DNA from: Gemmatimonadota bacterium
Lineage (GTDB): Bacteria > Gemmatimonadota > Gemmatimonadetes > Palauibacterales > Palauibacteraceae
NCBI GenBank assembly: GCA_963666735.1
Contig: OY762926.1
Coordinates: 2,848,001 to 2,912,000, forward strand
Direction of reading: 5' to 3'
DNA: 64,000 nucleotides
Shown here: positions 49,360 through 57,484 of the stretch, one piece after another
Position numbering within the stretch: the first letter of the stretch is position 1
Layout: each line of letters opens with the position of its first letter
Translations under genes and position numbers: made by a program
Notes under the pieces: model-generated
Told to the model about the DNA's origin: nothing
Database searches by the model: none
The model's input: the letters and a program-made list of their open reading frames with translations, nothing else

Positions 49360-50715
49360 CTGGAGCACTTCGGCGTCGTAAGCCTCGTACCGACGGCCGT
49401 CGTACTGGCCGTTGCGGTCTGGACGCGCCGGCCGGTGGAATCCCTCATCGCCGGGGCGCTCGTCGGGTTCGCGATCCTCGTGCCCCGGGATCCGCTCACC
49501 GCCTTCACCGACGGCATGGTCGCGGTCATGCAGAACGAGACCGTGGGCTGGATCATCCTCGTCTGCGCGCTCTTCGGCAGCCTCATCACCCTGCTTGTCC
49601 GGGTCGGCGCGGCGGCCCGCTTCGGCGACGCGGCCTCGGCGCGCATCCGCACGCGCGGCGGCTCGCTCGCCATGACATGGCTGCTCGGGCTCGCCGTCTT
49701 CATCGACGACTACCTTAACGTCCTCGCGGTCAGTTCCTCCGTGAAGCGGGTCACCGACCGGTATCGCGTGTCGCGCGAGATGCTGGCCTATGTCGTGGAC
49801 TCGACCGCCGCGCCGGTCTGCATCCTCGTGCCGGTCTCGACGTGGGCCGCCTATTTCTCGGGCCTGCTCGAGGAGACGGGGTGGGCGGCGCCGGGCCGTG
49901 GCCTCGCCCTCTACATGGATGCGATCCCGTTCATGCTCTACGCGTGGATCGCGGTGGTTCTGGCCGCCCTCGTCGGGATCGGCGTCGTTCCCGCCATCGG
50001 CCCCATGCGCAGGGCGGAGCGCCGCGCCCGGGAGACGGGCGAGGTCGTCCCACCAGGCCTCGAAGAGACGAAGCTCGAAGGCGAGACCGATCCGCGCGCC
50101 GCCGAGCGGGCGCGCCCGTGGCACTTCATCGTTCCGGTCGTCACGCTGGTGGCCGCCACCTGGTGGCTCGACCTCGACATCCTCAAGGGCGTCATCGTCG
50201 CGCTCGGCGTCACCCTCGTCATCGTCGTAGGCGCCGGACTCCTCCGCGTGCGCGCGGCGCTCGATACGGCGATGGCTGGCGTCCTCACGATGATCGTCCC
50301 GCTGGCGACCGTGTTCGGCGGCTTCCTCCTCAAGGAAGTGAACGACGGACTCGGGCTCACCGCCTACCTCATCCAGACGGTCGAACCGCTGATGACGCCG
50401 CGGCTGCTCCCGGCCGTCACCTTCCTCACGATGTCGCTCGTCGCGTTCGCCACGGCGTCGTTCTGGGGCATCTTCGCCGTGGTGGTCCCGATCGTGCTGC
50501 CGCTCGCGAACTCGTTGGGGGCGGAGATGCCGCTCGTGATCGGGGCGCTCATCTCCGCCAGCGCGTTCGGCAGCCACGCCTGCTTCTACGGCGACTCGAC
50601 CGTGCTGGCGTCCCGGGGCGCCGGCTGCGGGGTGGTCGAGCATGCGCTGACCCAACTCCCTTACGCGCTCCTCGCCGCGGGGTTGGCCGCCGCAGGGTTC
50701 CTCCTCCTGGCCTGA
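49360..50715 (+). CDS. NhaC-family Na+/H+ antiporter-like transporter (probable CTG start)
   Basis: FIDDYLN, VDSTAAP, SFWG, FGSHACFYGDST; frame extends 25 codons upstream of listed ORF to CTG with GAAGGGAG RBS. Confidence 0.85.
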   Translation: MEHFGVVSLVPTAVVLAVAVWTRRPVESLIAGALVGFAILVPRDPLTAFTDGMVAVMQNETVGWIILVCALFGSLITLLVRVGAAARFGDAASARIRTRGGSLAMTWLLGLAVFIDDYLNVLAVSSSVKRVTDRYRVSREMLAYVVDSTAAPVCILVPVSTWAAYFSGLLEETGWAAPGRGLALYMDAIPFMLYAWIAVVLAALVGIGVVPAIGPMRRAERRARETGEVVPPGLEETKLEGETDPRAAERARPWHFIVPVVTLVAATWWLDLDILKGVIVALGVTLVIVVGAGLLRVRAALDTAMAGVLTMIVPLATVFGGFLLKEVNDGLGLTAYLIQTVEPLMTPRLLPAVTFLTMSLVAFATASFWGIFAVVVPIVLPLANSLGAEMPLVIGALISASAFGSHACFYGDSTVLASRGAGCGVVEHALTQLPYALLAAGLAAAGFLLLA

Positions 50716-50719
50716 TCCC

Positions 50720-51001
50720 GTCGCGCGCCGCGGCCCCGCGCTCGTCCGCGCCCCGATCTCGTAGCGGAGGCCGCCCGCCGAAAACACCGGTTTCGGCCGG
50801 GAGCCCTGCCGCCGCGCCCTCGCCCGCCGCGCCTTCACCTCCCGCTTCCGCCGGGCACTGTTCCCGCGGCTCCGGTCGTGCGATATTCCGTTCACCGGAA
50901 AGGCCTCCTGGTTGGTGTCCGGCGACTCGCGCCGGATTCTCGTAGCTACAATCAGGATAAGCCTTTCCGGTTTTTTGCAAGGGTCCGCGCTTGCTTTAGG
51001 A
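50720..51001 (-). mobile_element. IS1380-like remnant (left end plus transposase N-terminus)
   Basis: Minus-strand RRKREVKARR...PVFSAGGLRYEIGART resembles IS1380 transposase N-termini; end CGCTTGCTTTAGGA next to CTAG. Confidence 0.5.
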
Positions 51002-51045
51002 CTAGTAGTAGGGGCGTAGGTTTCGCGTGGCCCAAGGAGCTTTGG

Positions 51046-51840
51046 ATGATCGACATCCTGGCGGACTCGCCAGACGACGGGGCGCTCATCGCAAGAGCCA
51101 TCGGTAGCGACACACGGGTCCTGAACAATTCCGTTCGGTTCGCGAACGGCGGCGCCCATGCCGAGTGTCGGATCCTGGGTTGCCGCCATCCGATTCAGGC
51201 GGAGCGAATCGAACTCGTGCGAAAGATCGAGCGTGACGCGCCGTGGGTTCCCGTCATCCTCGTGACGGATCACGCGCCCGGCGTTGCTCACCGGCTGTGC
51301 GATATCAGGGTGGCGGCCGTCGTCTGGTACCCGGACGTCCGAACCGAACTCGAGCCCCGGATCGTCGCCGTCAAGCAATCGGTCCCGCTCCTGCGCCTGG
51401 CCAAACAGGTGGAGGAAGCGAAGCTGCCTCCTGCCCTTCGATCCGGACTGGCGTACAGCTTGCGCGCCGCCACCCGCCGACCCGTGCGCGGCTTGAAGGC
51501 GTTGGCGGACGCCGTTCACATCTCTCCCATCACTCTGTCCCACGAGTTCCGGAAGAGTGCCGGCGGGGCGGCAAACCTGAGCCAGTTCCTCAGCGCCCTC
51601 ACGGTCCTGAAGGCCCAGGAGCTTCGTCTCTCGGGTTTGAGCTGGGACGTGGTGGCCGGACGCCTGGGGTTCGCGCGTCAGACCCTCCACAACAAATCGA
51701 CCCGCTGGCCGGGCAGCACGCTCAAACAACTCGCGCGTACGCGCCAAGCGCCGCCTGGAAGTCGACCGATGGCGGCGAGAGCTGGACCCAAACAACTCGC
51801 GCGTACGCGCCAAGCGCCGCCCCGGGTCGGCGAGCGGTGA
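51046..51840 (+). CDS. HTH transcriptional regulator (degenerate receiver-like N-terminus, AraC-like double HTH)
   Basis: APWVPVILVTD, LKALADAVHISPITLSHEF, SWDVVAGRLGFARQTL; AAGGAG RBS; C-terminus runs into repeat array. Confidence 0.75.
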   Translation: MIDILADSPDDGALIARAIGSDTRVLNNSVRFANGGAHAECRILGCRHPIQAERIELVRKIERDAPWVPVILVTDHAPGVAHRLCDIRVAAVVWYPDVRTELEPRIVAVKQSVPLLRLAKQVEEAKLPPALRSGLAYSLRAATRRPVRGLKALADAVHISPITLSHEFRKSAGGAANLSQFLSALTVLKAQELRLSGLSWDVVAGRLGFARQTLHNKSTRWPGSTLKQLARTRQAPPGSRPMAARAGPKQLARTRQAPPRVGER

Positions 51841-51962
51841 GCCGGCAGGCGGAGGCGGCAAACAACTCGCGCGTACGCGCCAAACGCCGCCTGCGGCCCG
51901 GAGCGGGGGCGGTGGGCGACCAGTTCGGCACAAACAACTCGCGCGTACGCGCCAAGCGCCGC
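51723..51962. repeat. CRISPR-like array: 4 x 32-nt repeat, 3 unique spacers, no cas genes in window
   Basis: CAAACAACTCGCGCGTACGCGCCAAGCGCCGC at 51723, 51789, 51859 (1 mismatch), 51931; spacers 34, 38, 40 nt. Confidence 0.9.
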
Positions 51963-52022
51963 TGCTCGCAAAGTTCATCTCCGATTTCTCGAAACCGCTG
52001 CTCCGTACCAGTGACGCGGACC

Positions 52023-52055
52023 GTCCACCGATTTCTTGACAAAGTCCATCGATTC
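52023..52055 (+). promoter_or_regulatory. Putative operator: direct repeats 21 bp apart flanking TTGACA
   Basis: GTCCACCGATT (52023) and GTCCATCGATT (52044) with TTGACA at 52036-52041. Confidence 0.4.
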
Positions 52056-52301
52056 CAATCTGGCACGGGTCCGCGCGACACCCGAAGTTCCAAACGTGCC
52101 GCGACACGGCGGCTTTGCAGGGTGGGGAAAGCGTTGGACGGCAACAGGTTCTGTGGAGTGTCGATGCTGAGAAAATACCGGCACTCTCGACGACCCCGGT
52201 GGTATGGCGGCGCGCTGGCTGCCGGTGCTCTTCCTGGCAACCGACCGACGAGGAGCCACCGCACCGCAGACGCAACGGGACTTTATCGCGAGGAGAGACG
52301 G

Positions 52302-52826
52302 ATGATTGCCGCCCACGCCAGCATCTGGGCACCCGGTAAGTCGCAGTGCCTGAAGGCTACGTTGTCGGCAGCTGTTCTGGTCTCGCTGATCGGATGCCAC
52401 GGGACGTTCGCGCAGGATGAAGCTGGCGCGTGGGAGGAGCGGGCAAGCGACATCATCGCCGCGGCGGATCGGCGAGTCGAAGACGCAACGACTGTTTATT
52501 GGGTCATATCGCAGTCGGCATCAACAATTTGCTCTGATTACCTCTATTACGTTCGCCACTTCGCATCGCGTACTACAGATTATAAACATGTGATCATTAC
52601 GGATTTTGATGAGAATGCTCTCCGCAGCCAACTCAGAAAAGCTCGTATCGATGCCACGGTTATCGCCGTGCCGCATGTGCTTCCCTCCAACGCGATGCTA
52701 GTCGTCGCAGCGGGTACCGGCATGCAGCCCTTGGTGGTCCGATTTGTTGCTGGCACCGACGCCTCGCGGCACCCCAACCGTGTGTCGGATATGGTTGCCA
52801 ATCTTCTCGGGGAGGTCGCTGAATGA
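52302..52826 (+). CDS. Hypothetical exported protein
   Basis: AGGAGAG RBS, hydrophobic segment ending LIGC, coupled to next gene; lower GC. Confidence 0.55.
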   Translation: MIAAHASIWAPGKSQCLKATLSAAVLVSLIGCHGTFAQDEAGAWEERASDIIAAADRRVEDATTVYWVISQSASTICSDYLYYVRHFASRTTDYKHVIITDFDENALRSQLRKARIDATVIAVPHVLPSNAMLVVAAGTGMQPLVVRFVAGTDASRHPNRVSDMVANLLGEVAE

Positions 52827-53490
52827 TGCGGCTCGCGAGCCGCCCCGGCGAGCTCCTTTCGAGTGCGGCCGTCGTCGTGTTGGCATTCGCGGTGGCGTCG
52901 ACCCGCGGTGCGGGTGGACACACAGAACTTGTCGGCGAAACGACAGCTCGTTGTCGCGCAGATGTACCAGCAATCGGAACTACGTTCTTCGAGGCGCGTC
53001 GTGTCGACCTCCAGGATCTGGACACGGCGAGGCTGGTGACGCCCAGCGTCATCGATATCTCGCCATCGGGCAACCACATTCTCATCGGAGACCGCGACGA
53101 CTACGACGTGAAACTGTTTGATCGCGGCGGCCGCTTGATTAGCGTCATCGCAACGCGCGGGGAACAACCCGGACAGGTGTTTATTCTGGATGGCGCGGCG
53201 TTTCGCAATGATTCAATTGTCATGATCGCGGACGCCGGGCGGATGCAGTTGATGGAATTCGATCTGCAGGGCAAGCTGGTCGCCGAAACGCATCTTCCGG
53301 TACGACCGATCACCTCCGTTCAAGTGTTGGACCAAAGCGTGCTCGTCGGAGGAAGATCTCCTACCACGCTCGCGGACCCAAGAGTCAAGGGGGTTCATGT
53401 GCTGGATTCCGAGGGGAGTATTTCCCAGTCCCTCGGCTCTCAACCCTTGGCATCGGTCGGCGGCGTGTCAAGATACTTGGCCGCGACGGC
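52823..53490 (+). pseudogene. 6-bladed beta-propeller interrupted by IS remnant
   Basis: ILIGD, KLFDRGGRL, TRGEQPGQV, MIADAG; cut off at IS end. Confidence 0.72.
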
Positions 53491-53648
53491 TGTCGTACCA
53501 AAGTAGAAATGTCCCCCCTTAGCCAAGTAGAAATGTCCTCTTACGGTCCATGTTCGGTCAACGGCGGAACGGGATCCGGGAGAGGAGCGGATGGACTTGA
53601 GTCTGAGGGAGCGGGATCGCATCTCGGTGCTGAGACAGGTGAGCGAGA
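53491..53648 (+). mobile_element. IS1202/ISNCY-like left end plus first codons of transposase
   Basis: TGT terminus, tandem AAGTAGAAATGTCC sites (53501, 53525), ORF start MDLSLRERDRISVLRQV at 53591. Confidence 0.65.
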
Positions 53649-53715
53649 ATGGACGGTACGCGGTCCGCATTTTCGCGCCGTGTGCAACCAAGTCAGAAGA
53701 TTAAGGAGCATGACT

Positions 53716-53937
53716 ATGAAGAAAAGACACTCGAAGTTGCGTCTGGGGCTCGCACTCGTGCTGATCTCGGCGTTGGCCGGAACTGCCGGAGCATCCCCCA
53801 CACCTGCCAGTCAGGACGCGATGGAGGTCTTGTTGTGCAAGTACGACGCGGAGGAAGATGCGCAGCGGTGCCGCGTTGTTGAAGTGCGGTGCGCGCCAAA
53901 CTGCTTTACGGGCTTCTGCTGTATGCATATCGACTAG
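53716..53937 (+). CDS. Secreted 6-Cys micro-protein A
   Basis: AAGGAG RBS, signal peptide, C-x10-C-x6-C-x3-C-x4-CC. Confidence 0.78.
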   Translation: MKKRHSKLRLGLALVLISALAGTAGASPTPASQDAMEVLLCKYDAEEDAQRCRVVEVRCAPNCFTGFCCMHID

Positions 53938-53985
53938 CTTCAGAGCGATCGATTTCGACGCCACCGGGAAGGAAGGTTTACAGTG

Positions 53986-54231
53986 ATGTCAGACCAACTG
54001 AGACCACGCCGCTCGATCTGGACGTCCGTGCTAACTGCGGTCGTGGTGGTCGGCGCACTCTGTGCTCCGCAACTCGGCAAGCCGGGGCATGCGCAAGAAG
54101 ATGATGGGGGGCCACCCGACGATTCGTACCAAGCGCTCAAGGCCATCCACTGCGACCTTGATGGCTGTGAGGTTCGCGGCTACTACTGCTTGCGAAGGTG
54201 CTGGGCGGCTCCATGCTGTGTCGACGCGTAG
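53986..54231 (+). CDS. Secreted 6-Cys micro-protein B
   Basis: GGAAGG RBS, signal peptide ending GHA, C-x4-C-x6-C-x3-C-x4-CC. Confidence 0.78.
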   Translation: MSDQLRPRRSIWTSVLTAVVVVGALCAPQLGKPGHAQEDDGGPPDDSYQALKAIHCDLDGCEVRGYYCLRRCWAAPCCVDA

Positions 54232-54263
54232 GCTCTTCGTTCCTTCTTCGCGAGACTAACCTG

Positions 54264-55379
54264 TTGCGGGCACTAGCCCTCGTGGCGGCAGGGGCCGCGT
54301 CCGGGTGTGGGATGCCTGCGAACTCGGACGAGGATCGGGAGCTGGCGTGGGCTCTTACGCCGGAATTCCGGTTGGGATCACAGTCCGGTCGCGACGCGCT
54401 GCATCGCGTGTCGGCCCGATCGACGACGGTGGGACCTGACGGGTCGTTCTACGTTCTCGACAAGGGCAACTACCGGGTCGTTAAGTTCGACGCGGAGGGG
54501 GGATATGTCCGCGAGTTCGGATCGAGAGGCGAGGGGCGGAGCGAGTTTGCCTACCCCATGGCTTTGCTTGGACCTCGGGGAGATACGCTGAGCGTTCTGG
54601 ACGGCCCTTCGCTGTCTCACAAGCTCTTCACAACTGCGGGAGACTTCCTGGAGGCGAGGCGTATTCCCCAATCCGCAGCCAGTGAAGACCAGCGGGATAC
54701 GTCGGACGGCATCGTTCTCGTGGAGATCTTTGGCTATCGCAGTCGCAGCGCGGAGGTGACGGACCGCCTCGTATTGATTCGTGATCGCGGCGACACCATC
54801 ACGCTGGCCGACCAAACCAGGGCGTCATCGGGTACATACACCATTCCGGTGTGCAACTACACCATTCCGGCAGAGCCCTTATTCAGGCACGTCCTGTGGT
54901 GGGATGCGGCCGGTGATCTGATTGCCGCGACCCAGAGCGCCGACTACTCAGTGCATGTGTTCAACCGTGGCAGGTTGGTGCAGGAATTGAAGCGGGCGAT
55001 TCCGCCCGCCCCGATCACGGAGGTGGTGGCGCGCGCCGAAGTTGGGGACGGATCTACGTGGAGCGTGGCGGGCCGCGCCTGCACGGCTGATCCCGAGGAT
55101 GAACTGGATGCTCGGGGGTTTGAGGACTTCCGGCAGGTGATCACGGGGATCCGCGTGGACCCGACCGGTTGGATCTGGGTGCGGCGTCACGCCGCGCCGC
55201 CGGGCGAGGAGGACCGACACAGAATCGATGTCTTCGATTCGGCCGGGGTGTTTCACGGCACCCTCCCGGCAGACACGCCGTGGCCGGGCATGTTCACGCC
55301 GGACGGTCGAGTCGTGCGCCGCGAATTGGACGAGTTCGACGTGGAGTATCTCGTCATCTACCGCATCGACAGAAACTAG
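54264..55379 (+). CDS. 6-bladed beta-propeller lipoprotein
   Basis: AASGC lipobox, FYVLDKGNYRVVKF, FGSRGEGRSEF, VDPTGWIWV, LDEFDVEYLV; start uncertain. Confidence 0.85.
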   Translation: MRALALVAAGAASGCGMPANSDEDRELAWALTPEFRLGSQSGRDALHRVSARSTTVGPDGSFYVLDKGNYRVVKFDAEGGYVREFGSRGEGRSEFAYPMALLGPRGDTLSVLDGPSLSHKLFTTAGDFLEARRIPQSAASEDQRDTSDGIVLVEIFGYRSRSAEVTDRLVLIRDRGDTITLADQTRASSGTYTIPVCNYTIPAEPLFRHVLWWDAAGDLIAATQSADYSVHVFNRGRLVQELKRAIPPAPITEVVARAEVGDGSTWSVAGRACTADPEDELDARGFEDFRQVITGIRVDPTGWIWVRRHAAPPGEEDRHRIDVFDSAGVFHGTLPADTPWPGMFTPDGRVVRRELDEFDVEYLVIYRIDRN

Positions 55380-55543
55380 TAGGGCGAGCCTCGATTCCGT
55401 CCGGATCGTTTCGAGCGAAAATCCGGTGCCGATGGTCTGTGACCCATGATCGGCTGAGGGCGTCTGCTATCCGCGTACAGGCAGGTCAACCGGGGAGGGT
55501 CGGAACGAAACGGCGGACATCTGTTGCCGACGGATCTCATGCG

Positions 55544-56203
55544 ATGCCAGTCGAGGTGCAACCTCGTCCTGATCTGGACGCGGTAGCTCTGCGTAACGCG
55601 TCAGGACGGCTGGCCTGCGCGATCGTTGCGCTTCTCGGACTCGGGAACGGGGTGCCGGCGCTTTCCGGTCAGGAGCTGGATTGCGGCGGGCGGGCCGTCA
55701 TGCGTGTGATGGTGCTGGACGAGTCCGGGATGATGCCCATTCCGGGGGCGACCGTGGTGCTCCGTGGTGCTTCGCTGGACGGACACGGACGCCGTTCGGA
55801 GGCCGATGCGGCAAGAGGTCGACCTCCAGGGCAGTGTGCGGATCTGCGCCCCAGGCGACGCCAGACGCGCGACGCTGTGGGCGGAGTTGGGCAATATCTC
55901 GAGCAGGCAGCGGTCGGTCGAACTTGAGCCCGGTATGTCGCGGGATGTGGAACTGCGGCTGCTCCTGGAGTCGTCAGCGACCGGGCGCTTGATCGGACTG
56001 GTGCAAGACGCGCGGACGGACCGTCCGGTGGCGGCGGTCGCGGTGTCGCTCGGGGGGCGCACGGTGGCCGAGACCAACCGGAGTGGCCAGTTCATCCTCA
56101 GCGGCGTGCCGGTGGGGATCCACGAAACTCTCCGTGCGGCGGCTTGGCTACGCGCCGCTCGTACACCCGGTCGTGGTGTCCAAGGGCGTCACCACGGACC
56201 TTG
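55544..56203 (+). pseudogene. Frameshifted paralog of the downstream carboxypeptidase-regulatory-like protein
   Basis: Same motifs (DCG.RA..RV.VL, WTDT, CAP.DA.RATLWAE, LSGVP.G, LGYAPL) split over three frames, truncated. Confidence 0.8.
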
Positions 56204-56352
56204 AGCACGTTCTACGGCGTCGCTGGCGGCGGAGTTCGGGGGGTCGGGTTCACGTTGTGGAGTCGTCGCGGTCTGGACCAAGTAGGCTCGCCCCGCGCGC
56301 AGGGTTCCTCCTCCTGGCTTGATGCAGGGTGCTCCGGATCCCAGTCTTCGGG

Positions 56353-57435
56353 ATGGCGAGCGGGAAATTCTCGAAGCTGGATGACAGATCGGTGGCGCCA
56401 GGACTGGCGTGGAGCCTTGTTGCGGCGTTCGGTCTGGCCGGCGGTGCCGGGACGCTCTCGGCCCAGGATTCGGATTGCGGCGATCGCGCGAGCCTGCGGG
56501 TCGCGGTCCTGAACGACGACGACATGGCTCCGGTCCGGGGCGCGACGGCGGTCGTTCAGTGGACCGACACTCAGCGCGCGAGGCGGCCGGTGCGCGAGGT
56601 TGTCGGAGCCGACGGACGCCTCGTACTCTGCGCTCCGCGGGATGCGACACGGGCCACGCTGTGGGCGGAGTACGGGAACTTCTCGAGCGAAGAGGCGGTC
56701 GTCGCCATCGTCGCCGGGATGTCCCACGACATCACACTGGCGCTGCGCTCGGGGCCGATCCGAACCGGCAGGCTGATCGGCCAGGTGCATGACGCGATCA
56801 CGGATGATCCGGTGGTCGCGGCCTCGGTGTTCGTTCCCGACCGTCTGCGGGTGACCGAGACCGATCGCCGGGGGCGGTTCGTCCTGAGCGGCGTTCCGGC
56901 CGGCGTGCGGGACCTGAACGTGCGGCATCTCGGGTATGCTCCGCTTTCCCATGTGGTCGAGGTCTCCCCCGGCCTCACCACGGAGGTGGAGATCGGCATG
57001 GTCCCCGATCCGGTGGAGATGGAGCCGATCGTGGCGACGGCGACGAGGTCTCGCCGGCTCGAGGTCAAGGGCTTCTACGAACGCCGGCACTGGAGCGAAC
57101 TCGTCGGCACGGGCACCTTCTACACGGCGGAGGACATCGATCGGCGCCGGCCGGTGGAGATCTCGCACATGATCGCGGACGAGTCGGGGATCCGGCTCCA
57201 GTGCAACGCCCGGCGTACCGACTGCAGGCTGGTGAACACGAGGCTGTCGTCGGGGGTCACGGGCGCCTGTTCGCTGAACTTCTATGTCGACGGTCTGCCG
57301 ACGAGGGGGATCGCACTGGACGACGTCGTGAGACCGAGCGAGATCGCAGGCATCGAGATATACAAGGGACTGGCGTCGGGTCCGGCGGAGTTCCCGCCTT
57401 CCCGGTGCGGCCTCGTCGCGGTCTGGACAAAATAG
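56353..57435 (+). CDS. Carboxypeptidase-regulatory-like domain / TonB-plug-like secreted protein
   Basis: ETDRRGRFVLSGVPAG, HLGY, GFYERR, FYVDG, IAGIEIYKG, CGLVAVWTK. Confidence 0.8.
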   Translation: MASGKFSKLDDRSVAPGLAWSLVAAFGLAGGAGTLSAQDSDCGDRASLRVAVLNDDDMAPVRGATAVVQWTDTQRARRPVREVVGADGRLVLCAPRDATRATLWAEYGNFSSEEAVVAIVAGMSHDITLALRSGPIRTGRLIGQVHDAITDDPVVAASVFVPDRLRVTETDRRGRFVLSGVPAGVRDLNVRHLGYAPLSHVVEVSPGLTTEVEIGMVPDPVEMEPIVATATRSRRLEVKGFYERRHWSELVGTGTFYTAEDIDRRRPVEISHMIADESGIRLQCNARRTDCRLVNTRLSSGVTGACSLNFYVDGLPTRGIALDDVVRPSEIAGIEIYKGLASGPAEFPPSRCGLVAVWTK

Positions 57436-57484
57436 CGTCCGGAAACAAGGAACTCCAGAAACAAACAACATTGGAGGTGACAAG

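Noticed and set aside
51723..51962. Calling the array a bona fide CRISPR-Cas locus
   Set aside because: No cas genes, no AT-rich leader, atypical repeat termini and only 3 spacers; kept as CRISPR-like only.
52061..52076. Sigma-54 promoter (TGGCACG)
   Set aside because: No TTGC -12 element at the required spacing.
51243..52301. N-terminal part of the 527-aa ORF containing an Asp-box motif
   Set aside because: Overlaps the regulator and array; the motif is confined to one spacer, and the likely gene starts at 52302.
48469..52332. 1287-aa minus-strand ORF
   Set aside because: Antisense to MOSC, NhaC and regulator genes; only a short stretch near 50.7-50.9 kb resembles a transposase fragment.
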